The notes under the pieces: model-generated
The model's input: only the letters and a program-made list of their open reading frames with translations
What the model was told of the DNA's origin: nothing
Databases searched by the model: none
Origin: Macrostomum hystrix
Lineage: Eukaryota > Animalia > Platyhelminthes
Assembly: GCA_950097015.1 (NCBI GenBank)
Contig: CATNEN010000002.1
Span: 8,370,001 to 8,434,000, forward strand
Reading direction: 5' to 3'
Length of the DNA: 64,000 nucleotides
Program-made: the position numbers and the translations under genes
Shown here: one piece after another, positions 1 to 12,100 of the stretch
Layout of the letters: the number at the start of each line of letters is the position of its first letter
Numbering within the stretch: position 1 is the stretch's first letter

Positions 1-29
1 CTGAGTAACGATGGATTGAGAGTGTGCTA

Positions 30-600
30 GAGAATAATTGAGTCGCTAGAGAATCATTTGAGTCGCTAGAGAATCATTTGAGTCGCTAGAGAATCATTTG
101 AGTCGCTAGAGAATCATTTGAGTCGCTAGAGAATTATTTTAGTCGCTAGAGAATCATTTGAGTCGCTAGAGAATTATTTGAGTCGCTAGAGAATCATTTG
201 AGTCGCTAGAGAATCATTTGAGTCGCTAGAGAATCATTTGAGTCGCTAGAGAATTATTTTAGTCGCTAGAGAATCATTTGAGTCGCTAGAGAATCATTTG
301 AGTCGCTAGAGAATCATTTGAGTCGCTAGAGAATCATTTGAGTCGCTAGAGAATTATTTTAGTCGCTAGAGAATCATTTGAGTCGCTAGAGAATCATTTG
401 AGCCGCTAGAGAATCATTTGAGTCGCTAGAGAATCATTTGAGTCGCTAGAGAATCATTTGAGTCGCTAGAGAATCATTTGAGTCGCTAGAGAATTATTTT
501 AGTCGCTAGAGAATCATTTGAGTCGCTAGAGAATCATTTGAGTCGCTAGAGAATCATTTGAGCCGCTAGAGAATCATGTAAGTTGCTAGAGATGCGTTTA
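30..600. repeat. 20-bp minisatellite GAGTCGCTAGAGAATCATTT (SMARCC intron)
   Basis: About 27 copies, degenerating to ~690. Confidence 0.95.
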
Positions 601-703
601 GGTCACTAGAGAAGTGTTTTAGTAGTTAAGAGAAATGTGTGAGTCGTTAGAAAATCGTTTGTCGTTAGAGAAGTGTTTGAGTCGTTAGACACGAATCGCT
701 CAC

Positions 704-1018
704 CTGGTAGTTGATGAGGCCCCATTGCTCCAGGAAGGCGTGCACCCGCAGGATGCCGCAGACGTCGCCGTGAAGATTTCTTCTACAGGCGGTGAAGGTC
801 AGGTACTCCTGGGGATTCAGCCGATATGTATCGATCATGAAGTTGCGATAGGCCATGTAGGCCTCCGGTGTTTTGCTCGGCTTGCCCTTCTTGAAGAACT
901 CGGGCAGGCCGCGCTCTTCTAACGCGTGAATAGCGTTGTAATCGAACCAGGTGGCGTAGGACGGCACGATGATGGCGTGAGCCTGCTCCGTCACGGTCAC
1001 ATCGCCGCCGGCGGCAGT
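704..1018 (-). CDS. SMARCC2: SMARCC exon 4, SWIRM domain
   Basis: Acceptor tttcag at 1019, donor gtgag at 703; 105 codons. Confidence 0.95.
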
Positions 1019-4000
1019 CTGAAATGTTTTTTTAACTTTTGATTAAAAATCCAAAAGCGGTAGAACTACAGGCGCCGTACTAACTCTCAGAAATGAAATA
1101 TTGCAGGTAAAATATCACACAATGAACAACAGCGCTCACCTGGCCGCCATCATCATCGCCGTCTTCGCCTTTGCCACCGACGCCGCCGTCAGCACCGACA
1201 GTGGCCGCCGTGGCATCGGCATCGTCGTCGTCGTTCTTGCCACCAGCGGGTCCGTTGCCGCCGCGACTCTCAGTCTCCATGGACTCCAAGGCTGAAGCAG
1301 CCAGGTTGGCCGAAGAGGCATCGCGGCGCGCCTTCTTGCCGCCGGCGCCGTATGTCGTCAGATTGGCGGCGGAGGATTTCCGACCGCTGCCAGCGGCGGA
1401 AGCGGCCGCAGCGGCGACTCCGAAGCGCGAATTGGACGACGGCGTAGAAGCAGCGACCGCGTGCCCGGAGGCAGCCGCCGTTGTCGATGACGCTGAATTA
1501 GGCGACGGTGAGCGCTTGCGCTTCTGCAGCTTTTTCTCGCGCTTGAGCTCGACAAACTCGGCCACCGAGTAGTACCGGGGCGGAGACACTGGCTTGCGAC
1601 CGGTGCGCCTGGCGAACTCCTGGTACTCGACAAGAAAGTCTTCTTCGGGCGGGAATTCACACTGCTCATCCAGCGTCAGCAGGTAGGCCGCGTCCAGCTC
1701 CCATGGGCCATCTGGGGTGCAGCGGCTCACCTGGAATGGAGATTAGGCGAATAAAAGTTTAACAGAAAACTCAAAGATCCTTCTCAATATTGAGATCCCC
1801 AATGCGTGAGAAATCCTCACTCACCTCAACGTCCAGCTCGGCTGCGCTGGTATAGAACACATCGTAGCTGGACACTGTGCCCTTCCAGTGCACCACGGAG
1901 TGCTTGCCCTCCTTGAAGGCTGGCGTGACCTTGTCCTCGAGCAGCTGCTGCGCGGCCGCCGCAGGGTCGGCAGCGGCGGGCCCGTAGATGAGGTGGGTGC
2001 AGGTCTCCTCGCTGTCGGCAAGCTCCAGGCCGTGCCGCTGGCAGATGTCCAGCAGGCGGCTGCGCGTGTCCTCGGGCAGGTCGGCCTTGACGTGAACCCG
2101 GGGCAAGGACCAGAGCTTCGACTCCAGCAGCTCCTTGCGCATCAGCAGCAGCATCTCCAGGTTCTTGTCAAGCCAGGAAGCCTTGTGAAAGTCCAGCCTG
2201 CGCCAGCCCTGCTCGCCTTTGAAGCGGAAGACGGTCAGAAACATCTGGCACAGGGCGCCGCCGGGCTGGAAGTCCAGAAACAGCCGGCCGGGCAGCCGGG
2301 TCGGGTAGGGCGGCGACTTGGCCTGCCGGCGGACCTGCTCCTCCTGCGGGATGATATGGGATTTGTATAAGATGAGGTTCTTACAGATTTTAGACATCCT
2401 AAAGTGAGAATCCTATACAGTTTGGGATGAGAAACTCATACAGTTTGGGATGAGAAACTCACACAGTTTGGGATGAGAATCTCATACAGTTTGGGATGAG
2501 AAACTCACACAGTTTGGGATGAGAATCTCATACAGTTTGGGATGAGAATCTCGTACAGTTGAGGATGAGAATCAAAAAGTTTTGGGTGAGAATCTCACAC
2601 AGTTTGGGATGAGAATCTCACACAGTTTGGGATGAGAAACTCACACAGTTTGGGATGAGAATCTCACACAGTTTGGGATGAGAATCTCACACAGTTTGGG
2701 ATGAGAATCTCACACAGTTTGGGATGAGAATCTCACACAGTTTGGAATGAGAATCTCACACAGTTTGGAATGAGAATCTCGTACAGTTTGGGATGAGAAT
2801 CTCACACAGTTTGGGATGAGAATCTCATACAGTTTGGGATGAGAATCTCGTACAGTTGAGGATGAGAATCAAAAAGTTTTGGGATGAGAAACTCACACAG
2901 TTTGGGATGAGAAACTCACACAGTTTGGGATGAGAAACTCACACAGTTTGGGATGAGAAACTCACACAGTTTGGGATGAGAATCTCACACAGTTTGGGAT
3001 GAGAATCTCACACAGTTTGGGATGAGAATCTCGTACAGTTTGGGATGAGAATCTCACGCAGTTTGGGATGAGAATCTCACACAGTTTGGGATGAGAATCT
3101 CACACAGTTTGGGATGAGAATCTCACACAGTTTGGGATGAGAATCTCACACAGTTTGGGATGAGAATCTCACACAGTTTGGGATGAGAATCTCACACAGT
3201 TTGGAATGAGAATCTCACACAGTTTGGAATGAGAATCTCGTACAGTTTGGGATGAGAATCTCACACAGTTTGGGATGAGAATCTCGTACAGTTTGGGATG
3301 AGAATCTCGTACAGTTTGGGATGAGAATCTCGTACAGTTTGGGATGAGAATCTCACACAGTTTGGGATGAGAATCTCGTACAGTTTGGGATGAGAATCTC
3401 ACACAGTTTGGGATGAGAATCTCACACAGTTTGGGATGAGAATCTCACACAGTTTGGGATGAGAATCTCGTACAGTTTGGGATGAGAATCTCACACAGTT
3501 TGGGATGAGAATCTCACACAGTTTGGGATGAGAATCTCACACAGTTTGGGATGAGAATCTCACACAGTTTGGAATGAGAATCTCACACAGTTTGGAATGA
3601 GAATCTCGTACAGTTTGGGATGAGAATCTCACACAGTTTGGGATGAGAATCTCATACAGTTTGGGATGAGAATCTCGTACAGTTGAGGATGAGAATCAAA
3701 AAGTTTTGGGATGAGAAACTCACACAGTTTGGGATGAGAAACTCACACAGTTTGGGATGAGAAACTCACACAGTTTGGGATGAGAAACTCACACAGTTTG
3801 GGATGAGAATCTCACACAGTTTGGGATGAGAATCTCACACAGTTTGGGATGAGAATCTCGTACAGTTTGGGATGAGAATCTCACGCAGTTTGGGATGAGA
3901 ATCTCACACAGTTTGGGATGAGAATCTCACAGTTTGTGATGAGAATCTCACACAGTTTGGGATGAGAATCTCGTACAGTTTGGGATGAGAATCTCACACA

Positions 4001-4605
4001 GTTTGGGATGAGAATCTCACACAGTTTGGGATGAGAATCTCATACAGTTTGGGATGAGAATCTCACACAGTTTGGGATGAGAATCTCACAGTTTGTGATG
4101 AGAATCTCACACAGTTTGGGATGAGAATCTCACACAGTTTGGGATGAGAATCTCATACAGTTTGGGAGGAGATGCTCACACAGTTTGGGATGAGAATCTC
4201 ACACAGTTTGGGATGAGAATCTCGTACAGTTTGGGATGAGAATCTCACGCAGTTTGGGATGAGAATCTCATACAGTTTGGGATGAGAATCTCACACAGTA
4301 TGGGATGAGAATCTCATACAGTTTGGGATGAGAATCTCATACAGTTTGGGATGAGAATCTCATACAGTTTGGGATGAGAATCAAAAAGTTTTGGGTGAGA
4401 ATCTCATAGTAACTTCACCCACCTGAAAGCAGAGCAGTTGGTAGCAGATGGAGGCCAGACTCTTGTTAGTAGGCGGTTCTGTCTGCATGAGCTTCTTGTG
4501 ATTTCGGGTCAGCCAGGTGCGCACGGTGTCAAACTCGGCAATGACCTCCGGGTGCTCGAAGAACCGCTGACTGGGGGCGGTGTCCTTCTTGCGCTGCAGG
4601 CTCAT
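704..4605 (-). CDS. SMARCC2: SWI/SNF complex subunit SMARCC (BAF155/BAF170, moira), 5' part; gene continues beyond window start
   Basis: Exons 4423-4605 ([16 protein letters not shown]), 1825-2343, 1140-1730 and 704-1018; all introns GT-AG and phase 0. The SWIRM segment [21 protein letters not shown]...[49 protein letters not shown] is near-identical to SMARCC1/2. The N-terminal region ([19 protein letters not shown]) also matches. SMARCC1 versus SMARCC2 cannot be resolved (single invertebrate gene expected). Confidence 0.95.
1140..1730 (-). CDS. SMARCC2: SMARCC exon 3 (end of chromo-like region, KRKRSPSP, low-complexity linker)
   Basis: Acceptor ttccag at 1731, donor gtgag at 1139; 197 codons. 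Confidence 0.88.
1825..2343 (-). CDS. SMARCC2: SMARCC exon 2 (N-terminal MarR/BRCT/chromo module)
   Basis: Acceptor ccgcag at 2344, donor gtgag at 1824; 173 codons. Confidence 0.9.
2403..4405. repeat. 23-bp minisatellite ACAGTTTGGGATGAGAATCTCAC filling SMARCC intron 1
   Basis: About 87 copies with variant units. Confidence 0.97.
4423..4605 (-). CDS. SMARCC2: SMARCC first coding exon
   Basis: ATG at 4605; [28 protein letters not shown] aligns to the SMARCC N-terminus; donor gtgggt at 4422; an acceptor (tttccag) lies at 4629 just upstream of the ATG. Confidence 0.9.
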
Positions 4606-7489
4606 GACTTCTCTGGACTGGAGTCGAGCTGGAAATAATTTTATTTTTATACAGTTTTTTAACAATATAGGTTTGTTACAATTTTAACAATAAGTTTATT
4701 TCTTGTGTTTAAAAAAAGTCAAATTTAATAATTTATATTTATAATTGCCACGTAGGTAATTGTAATTGGCGCTACAATAAATCGACTTCTCCAAATACTT
4801 TAGATATGAGAATATAGTTAAATGATATTCATTAAAAAATATAGGAATACAGAAACAGGGTTTATCACTTTATTTATTCCTCTGTGCTTGTCACTTGGCC
4901 TGAGTGATCTCTCTCAGGCTTATACTGGAAACAGTCTTCACTGAGCATTTCATGGATTAGAGGGTCACAGCCTAAAATAACTTAACTCAACACGTAATGT
5001 TTCCAAACTTAATGCTTAACTGTATCTTTATTAGCTTCTTGCCATACTGGCATGTTGCTCATTCACACAGAATTACAATTGCTTATATATACATTAAAGA
5101 AGTTTGTTAAAGTAAAGTAATTTCACATAATTTATAATACTTTAGAAACAAAAATGTACAATTTGCTAATTTTGCACATTTAATAGTTAGCACAAATTTC
5201 ACAAATTCTGCATAAATATATATTTCTTTGTTTAGTTTTTTTCACTTAAATATACAAATATATTCATTGTATTTTTTGCTAGAATACAAGGTTTTTAAGC
5301 ACAAAAGTCATATTTTTTTGTTTTTTTGGTACCTGGAAAACTTTTGAGACCTACATCCAGGAGTACACCACATACATGGGAACAATGAGGCTTTTAGAAA
5401 CATTATCGTTTTTGTCATTACTTCAGTTAATTTGGAAACTGACTAATTGACTGATAACCACTAACATCACCATAAAAACTGTTGAAATTGTTATTTACAC
5501 AAAAAAACACAAAATACAGTGAGTACTGAGTGTTAGAAGCATTGAGTGTTTGATAGAGATGGTCTGAAATTTTTATTTAGATCAAATAGATTTTTACAAA
5601 ACTTAGAACTTTTTAGTCAAATTTCAGTGCATGAAGATTTTTGGAAGTTGGAACTTGAAATTTATAATGATTTTTTTTGAAGCTTGGTTTTATTGAATTG
5701 GCTTTAAAGGATATGAATGTCTGAATAACATCAGAACATAGAATTTTTGTATAAAATTAAATTTAGTTAAAGTATAAGGCTTAAAATATAGAGTTCAAAA
5801 CACAGTAATAGACTTAGTGATCATTATAATGTGAAGGGTATGTCAATGTAAAAAATACTACTAGAATTATACTCATGCAATACTCATATTATATATATTA
5901 TATTATATACTCATGCAATACTATACTATATACTCATTGTAGTTGTATTAAATGAGTTACTAAAATTAAGTTGATGTTTCAGTAGGTTCTTCAAGCTTCA
6001 AGTTGATTGCTTTGTATGACTAACCTCAATGGCAAATCATGGGAATCATGGGGCTATGCTACATGTGATAGGGTAGGCTTTCTGTTTTTCACAAGAGTGT
6101 GATACAGTGTAATTTGAAAAGCAATAAACTTTTTATAAATACCTATAAAAATACTAAAGACTATAAATTTTGATTAATTCTGCAGAAATAACCAAAATTA
6201 GTTGCTTTAATGATTCTGTTTGTTTTACAATGAAGTTGAAGGATAAAACAATTAATACACAGGAGTAGGCCTAAAGCAGAAAATTAACTTTTTTATTGGT
6301 GTCAAACTAGTTGGTGGCATGTAACCAACAAGCTACTAAGATATGCTACCATCATCACCTTGTACTTTGCTGATCCTTCTCATCTAACAGTGTATATCGA
6401 ACAGCATTGAATGAAATGTGCCTATGCTATATTTCTAGGACATTTTAATGTAAGTCAAAATCTGATTTTTAATGCACAAACTAACGAACATGTCTGAAAG
6501 GGCTTCAAGAATACATTTAAAGCTGAAAGAATCAAACAATACCAAGTGTTCAGCAAGGTGGTATTGCTCCTATATATATAAATTATAAGAAACTAGCTAG
6601 GGCATAGCTGCTAGGTCAGGCCATCGCCATGTACTAGAACCAGATCTAATCCAGAGACTAGAGAGGTAATATTAATTGAGTAAAAATGCAACATTGCATA
6701 GAGCGGTACTAAATTAGGATTTGGATGGTTTAAACATAGTAATTTGGTCGATTTGACATTATCTTTTGAATCGGCAACATAACTAAACGTGCAAGACAAC
6801 AAACATTTCACGTACTAAGTTACTTACGTCGAAAAAACTGCTTATTATTCGTCCTTTAAATGTAGAAATTTTTAAACAAGCTACCTACTGATTTGTGATG
6901 CTTGTAATTATTTTCTCTAAATTTTTTTGTAATAAATAAGTAAAATTGTTTAGTATCTTTTTTATTTATGCAAGTTTTGTTAAGCTTTGGTTTGCGTTAT
7001 TTAAAGCATATCTCGCAAAGTGGTTGTGTTTTGTGTTAGGTGAATAGTGTAATGCTGCTTAAACTCACAGCATAACTGCAGCGATTCTAATATTTAATAC
7101 TGGCGTGAGCGCTTTCGAGTATTGTTGTTAGGAAACTTTTTCATTTGACAATAGCCAAATAGGGCTTCTCAGCTTTGCTTCTATAGTCTGCTTTATGCCT
7201 TGCAGGCGCACCCTGCACGCACTCATCATTGTGTCGAAAAAATTACGCGCAAGTTTTCAGCCTGAACTATCGAGTAGAACATAAAAAATTACATTGCTTA
7301 TTATAAAGTTTACAAGGTATTCGCTGGCAGTTTTGTACCTCAGTCGATTATGAATTTAACAACAAGCCAAAGTCCCATATCTGTCCTTGTAATTCATATT
7401 TGTAATTATCTGGCATTTAGCTGAATGAAATTGTTCCATCGGTGAGCGTCGGAGCAAACTAATTACTTCTACTGATGCTTTTATTCATG

Positions 7490-7678
7490 TTTACTCATGA
7501 GTACACACGCGCACAGATACCTTACGCAGACACAAGTTCAGAAATTTTCACGACAACCCGCCAAGCATTCTCTCTGCGGCTGCGCTCCAAACGAAAGTGG
7601 CCTCGCCGCGGAATCGACTTCAGGGACTTTGGTGCGAGAGGCAAATATGTTATACCGCTCTGCCACTCTGCCCACTCC
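7490..7678 (-). mobile_element. SINE family A copy, internally deleted
   Basis: Reverse-complement match to 30601-30870. Confidence 0.75.
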
Positions 7679-8343
7679 TGTATTCAAGTCTACATCCTCT
7701 GCTTGCGGTGGATGGATGTCACAGGGGACTAGAAACACTGTCAATCAATCAATCAATCAATCAAACTCAACTCTATATGTCTAACTTTAATTGTGAATAC
7801 GCCAAGTTTTGGAGAAAGGTCCTGCATAGCAATGCGAGTGTGTATATTTACAGTCAGTCTGCATACTCGGTGAGTAGCCAGGTAAAACAAAAAACACAAA
7901 GACTTGCTGCGGCAACTGAGGATACTGAGCTGGGTGAGGCGTGTGGGATCACCTGCGAGATGAGGTAGCTAATAATGATTGGTCAGCAAAAACTGAAGGC
8001 AATTGTACTTTTGTTAGCTTGTAAGCTAAACTGAAGATGATGAGTAAAAAGCAGAAAACAGTATGGCAAACTCATTCTGAAGTTTGAGCATGATTTTCGT
8101 GTTCGAATTCTAAGATTGAGTTGACAAACTCAAACCAGATCACTAAGGATTGCTGGCAGCTCAAATAGGACAATAAACGCGATTGAATTTAAACAAAAGA
8201 AAGATTTTAAGCTCGTCTTGGATTTACAGTTGATTGCAAGGTTGGAGAAAATGCGTCACACAAACAATTTGCATACATTGAAATTGGGACACAATGAGCA
8301 ATGGCTTCTAAAATGCTGATTGATTACATAACTGTTGCTGGTG

Positions 8344-9165
8344 TCAATCCTGGCGGAAGGAGGATCCGCGCTGGAAGATGCGGATGAGCGATCGTCTGGG
8401 ACCGGAGGTGGGACCGGAGGTGGGACCGGAAGTGGAATTCGACCTGCCAGTCAGGTTAGCTTGCTGCTGCCTGCGAGAGTCGCTGCGCAGCTCGGCGATC
8501 TCGCGAAAGGCGCTGGTCTTACTGTGGTCGACCTCCGTGTAGTTCAGCTGAGCTGAGAACAGCGCCAGGACGGGAGCGGCGGCTATTGAATGGTCCAGCT
8601 TGGCGTAGTGCAGGCCGCTGGCGCCAACGGCTGCCGACACGGGAGCCGAGCGGCACGGGTTCGGCTGGGCAACGGCAGCCGCCGCCAGCTGCGGCTCCTC
8701 GCCAAGGTCGGCCAGCGGGGTCGCCAGAGACAACGGCAGGTTCACATAGCAACCACTCGACGAGGAGGACAAAGAGACGACGCGCTGCCTGCTGACGTAC
8801 TCGAAGCCATGTCGGGGCTTGCGCATTCGAACCTCGGAGGCGGCGGTGGCAGCCGCAGCCGCAGTCCAGCTGTTGCAGGCGGAGCAGCTGCTGCAGTCGC
8901 ACGAGCTGCACATTCCGTCATCAACGGTGTCAACTTCGTCGCCGCCTCTGTCGCCGTTATAGCCCGCAGCGGCTTCGCAGCAGCCGCACGCGCTGCCAGC
9001 AGAGCCGACGACAAGGTCGCCGAGAGCGACTCCGGCCCCGTGGCACAGGTCCGAGCTGGAACGGACCAGCCGGCCGGGGTTCGAGTCAGCGGCAGCAGCG
9101 AGGCTAGTCGGGTCCAGGCTGGGCCGGCTGGGCCGCCGTTGCTGCCGCTCCGATTGGTGCGAGCT
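8344..9165 (-). CDS. DOK7: DOK7-like terminal exon
   Basis: Acceptor ctctcag at 9166; frame of ORF 8344..8913; YVNLP, HYAKLDH and NYTEVDH motifs; TGA at 8344. Confidence 0.72.
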   Translation of the reverse strand, partial: SSHQSERQQRRPSRPSLDPTSLAAAADSNPGRLVRSSSDLCHGAGVALGDLVVGSAGSACGCCEAAAGYNGDRGGDEVDTVDDGMCSSCDCSSCSACNSWTAAAAATAASEVRMRKPRHGFEYVSRQRVVSLSSSSSGCYVNLPLSLATPLADLGEEPQLAAAAVAQPNPCRSAPVSAAVGASGLHYAKLDHSIAAAPVLALFSAQLNYTEVDHSKTSAFREIAELRSDSRRQQQANLTGRSNSTSGPTSGPTSGPRRSLIRIFQRGSSFRQD

Positions 9166-12100
9166 CTGAGAGGATTCGACATGACAAGATTGAAAGGCTG
9201 CTCAACAGTAGGATTTCAGGGGGATTTCAAATACCCACACTTCTGAAATTTTTGAATCTTTGAAAGCATTGAAAGTTAGTTCATCGTGAAGGTTAGAAAA
9301 TTTCGATCCCAATGGCGCACTTTCACGAAAATCAGTCATTCAGTTTGGGAGCCATTTGTGCAGTAGGCAGTGGGCTGTTGAAATACACCGTGGACATTTT
9401 CCAGGGAGAAAAATAGCGTAGTCTTGCTACTGCTAACGGGTTGGAGCGAAGAGCTCAGGATAAGATTGGGGTGTCGGATTGGATGCCGCCTTGAATCATG
9501 AGTTTTTTACAACTTCGTATTTTCTTCCGAATTGAATTTCTAGCCACCCACCTGCCGCCTACGCCAGGTAAAACTGCGTGAAATGCCAGCCAGGAGGCTT
9601 CGCGACTCTGGTGAAGGCGCGGCACATTGCGGAGTCAGAGTGGCGGCCTTGATCTTTTTAGGAAAGGCTAGCTGCTGCTGCTGCTGCTGCTGCTGGATTG
9701 CCAAATCGCTCTGTGGTGCGCTGCCTCCAGCCATAGGCAAGTTGCAGTATTCTCTGCTCGCTGAGATGGTCGGCTGTCGCCGCTGTGGTAGGACGAGCAT
9801 ATTGTAGTACGAGGCCGGCGTTCCGCCCTCGTAGCCGCTGTCGGCAGTCAACACCGACCTCGGCTGCTGCAGCATAGGCTGCAGCCGCTTCGCCTCATCC
9901 GGCTGACTGTCCAGTTGGACATTGGGAACTTCAGCTCTGTCGTCAGCATCGGTTGCTTGACGATGACAGACGCAGCCGCACGGACCAGATGGCCTGCCAG
10001 CCCGGCAGTTGTGTTGACAGCGGCGTCTGTGAGGCTCGCGCCGCTCCTCCTGCTCGACATCGTCATCGTGACGATGCCGCGAAGACACCGAATGTTGCCG
10101 TTGACAGGCGGCGCGCGGCTTTGGGATGTCGATGCTGCTGCTGGCGGCTGGCCGGTGATTACCATCGTCGGTGGCTGCGGCGGCATTGGCGCATGGAGCG
10201 CGGGCAGCGGCTGCGCTCGAAGCGTCGAGTTCGCCTACTTAAAGTAGCAGGGTGCAATAATATTCATATAAATTTCATTGCCTTGGGGAGCTGCTAAAGC
10301 CTAAGCACTCAAGCCTTCTCTTCGCGACTCAGCCACAAAAAAACATAATATAGCAATTTAGAAGTAGCAGGATCAATCGACACAACGAAGTCCAAGAGCT
10401 ATCAACTGTTCCCGCTTAAGAAAGACAGAAACAGCTTAGCAATACCGAGCTTAATGTAGCAAATCGGTTTTCCATCGTGCAAACATTTTCGCAACTCACT
10501 GTTAACTAGCGACGGCATAGGCTTTTTCAGGCAGGCGGCTTTCATATCGGCGTAGAGCTCGTGTCGCCGGTCGCACTGGAAGTACTGCATGCCGCGCACT
10601 GCAATGGTTCAGTTGCAAATGGGCATATTTTTAATGCTAATCATGGGCACTGAGAGTGCATTAACTCTTTTACTAATGCTTGCTTGCCACTTGGGATCAA
10701 CGGAAGGCCATTGGAACCGAGCAAAGGAAATGGTAAATCACTTGCAATAATAACTTGCAGCCCAAGCGGCTAACGGCGCTTCACAAAAACCAATTGACAT
10801 GGGTCAACAAGCTCTTTAGGAGTACAACTGAACTCATGGGCCAGACAGGCCAGGAAGCGGAGAATCAGAAATGTCAGGACAGGACACTAATGGACAGACG
10901 GGCTTTAATAGCGACACTAAGGGACAGACAGGTCAGGACAGTAAGGGACAGACAGGTCAGGACAGTGAGGGACAGACAGGTCAGGACAGTAAGGGACAGA
11001 CAGGTCAGGACAGTAAGGGACAGACAGGCCAGGACACTAAGAAACGGACAGATCAGGACAGTGTGGGACAGACAGACAGGTCAGGACAGTGAGGGACAGA
11101 CAGGTCAGGACAGTGAGGGACAGACAGGTCAGGACAGTGAGGGACAGACAGGTCAGGACAGTGAGGGACAGACAGGCCAGGACACTAACAGACAGGTCAG
11201 GACAGTGAGGGACAGACAGGTCAGGACAGTGAGGGACAGACAGGTCAGGACAGTGAGGGACAGACAGGTCAGGACAGTGAGGGACAGACAGGTCAGGACA
11301 GTGAGGGACAGACAGGTCAGGACAGTGAGGGACAGACAGGCCAGGACACTAACAGACAGGTCAGGACAGTGAGGGACAGACAGGTCAGGACAGTGAGGGA
11401 CAGACAGGTCAGGACAGTGAGGGACAGACAGGTCAGGACAGTGAGGGACAGACAGGTCAGGACAGTGAGGGACAGACAGGTCAGGACACTAACAGACAGG
11501 CCAGGACACTAACAGACAGGTCAGGACACTAACAGACAGGTCAGGACACTAACAGACAGGTCAGGACACTAACAGACAGGTCAGGACACTAACAGACAGG
11601 TCAGGACACTAATAGACAGGCCGGGACAGAGCACAGACGGCTAGGTTCAGAGCTTACAAATCAGGCTAAATAAGAAGGCCGGTAACTTACGGCTGCCGCA
11701 GCCGACATCGCCTTCGAACACGAAGCAGTGAAGGGCCTCGTTGACCATGTAGCGCTTGACAGACTGCAGCGGCCACACGGCCAGGCCGCGGTGCATATCC
11801 GCCGGCTCCGAGTAAAAGCAAAGGCGCGACGGCTGCACGTGGAGGCGACCCTCGCCGCTGACGGCGCCAGAGGAGCCGCCGAAACCGGCGCCGCTGTCAC
11901 TGCTGGGCGGTGAGAGCTGCTGCTGAATTGGCTTACCGATTGACTCGCACTTGATGAACTTGGCCCTGTAGCTGGCGTCTGGGAAAGTTAGCAAGGTATC
12001 GAGAAATGGACATTGTGAAATCACCGGAAGGGACATAGTCGGATCAGGGAAGGGAAATAGTGGGATCAGGGAAGGGACAGTGGGATCAGGGGAAGGGACA

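Noticed and set aside
1101-2370. Plus-strand ORFs over GC-rich exons (also 8590-9246, 33125-33694, 35340-35747, 45130-45684)
   Set aside because: Antisense shadows of real minus-strand exons.
4640-7000. Strongly AT-rich block upstream of SMARCC as a possible foreign insertion
   Set aside because: No TIRs, TSD or coding signal found; similar AT-rich DNA occurs at 12.7-14.9 and 22.7-23.4 kb, so it is ordinary intergenic or intronic sequence.
9848-10186. Alternative frame MPPQPPTMV.. for DOK7-like exon 6
   Set aside because: All plausible donor/acceptor pairs give the 9540..10088 frame, which also holds the tyrosine motifs.
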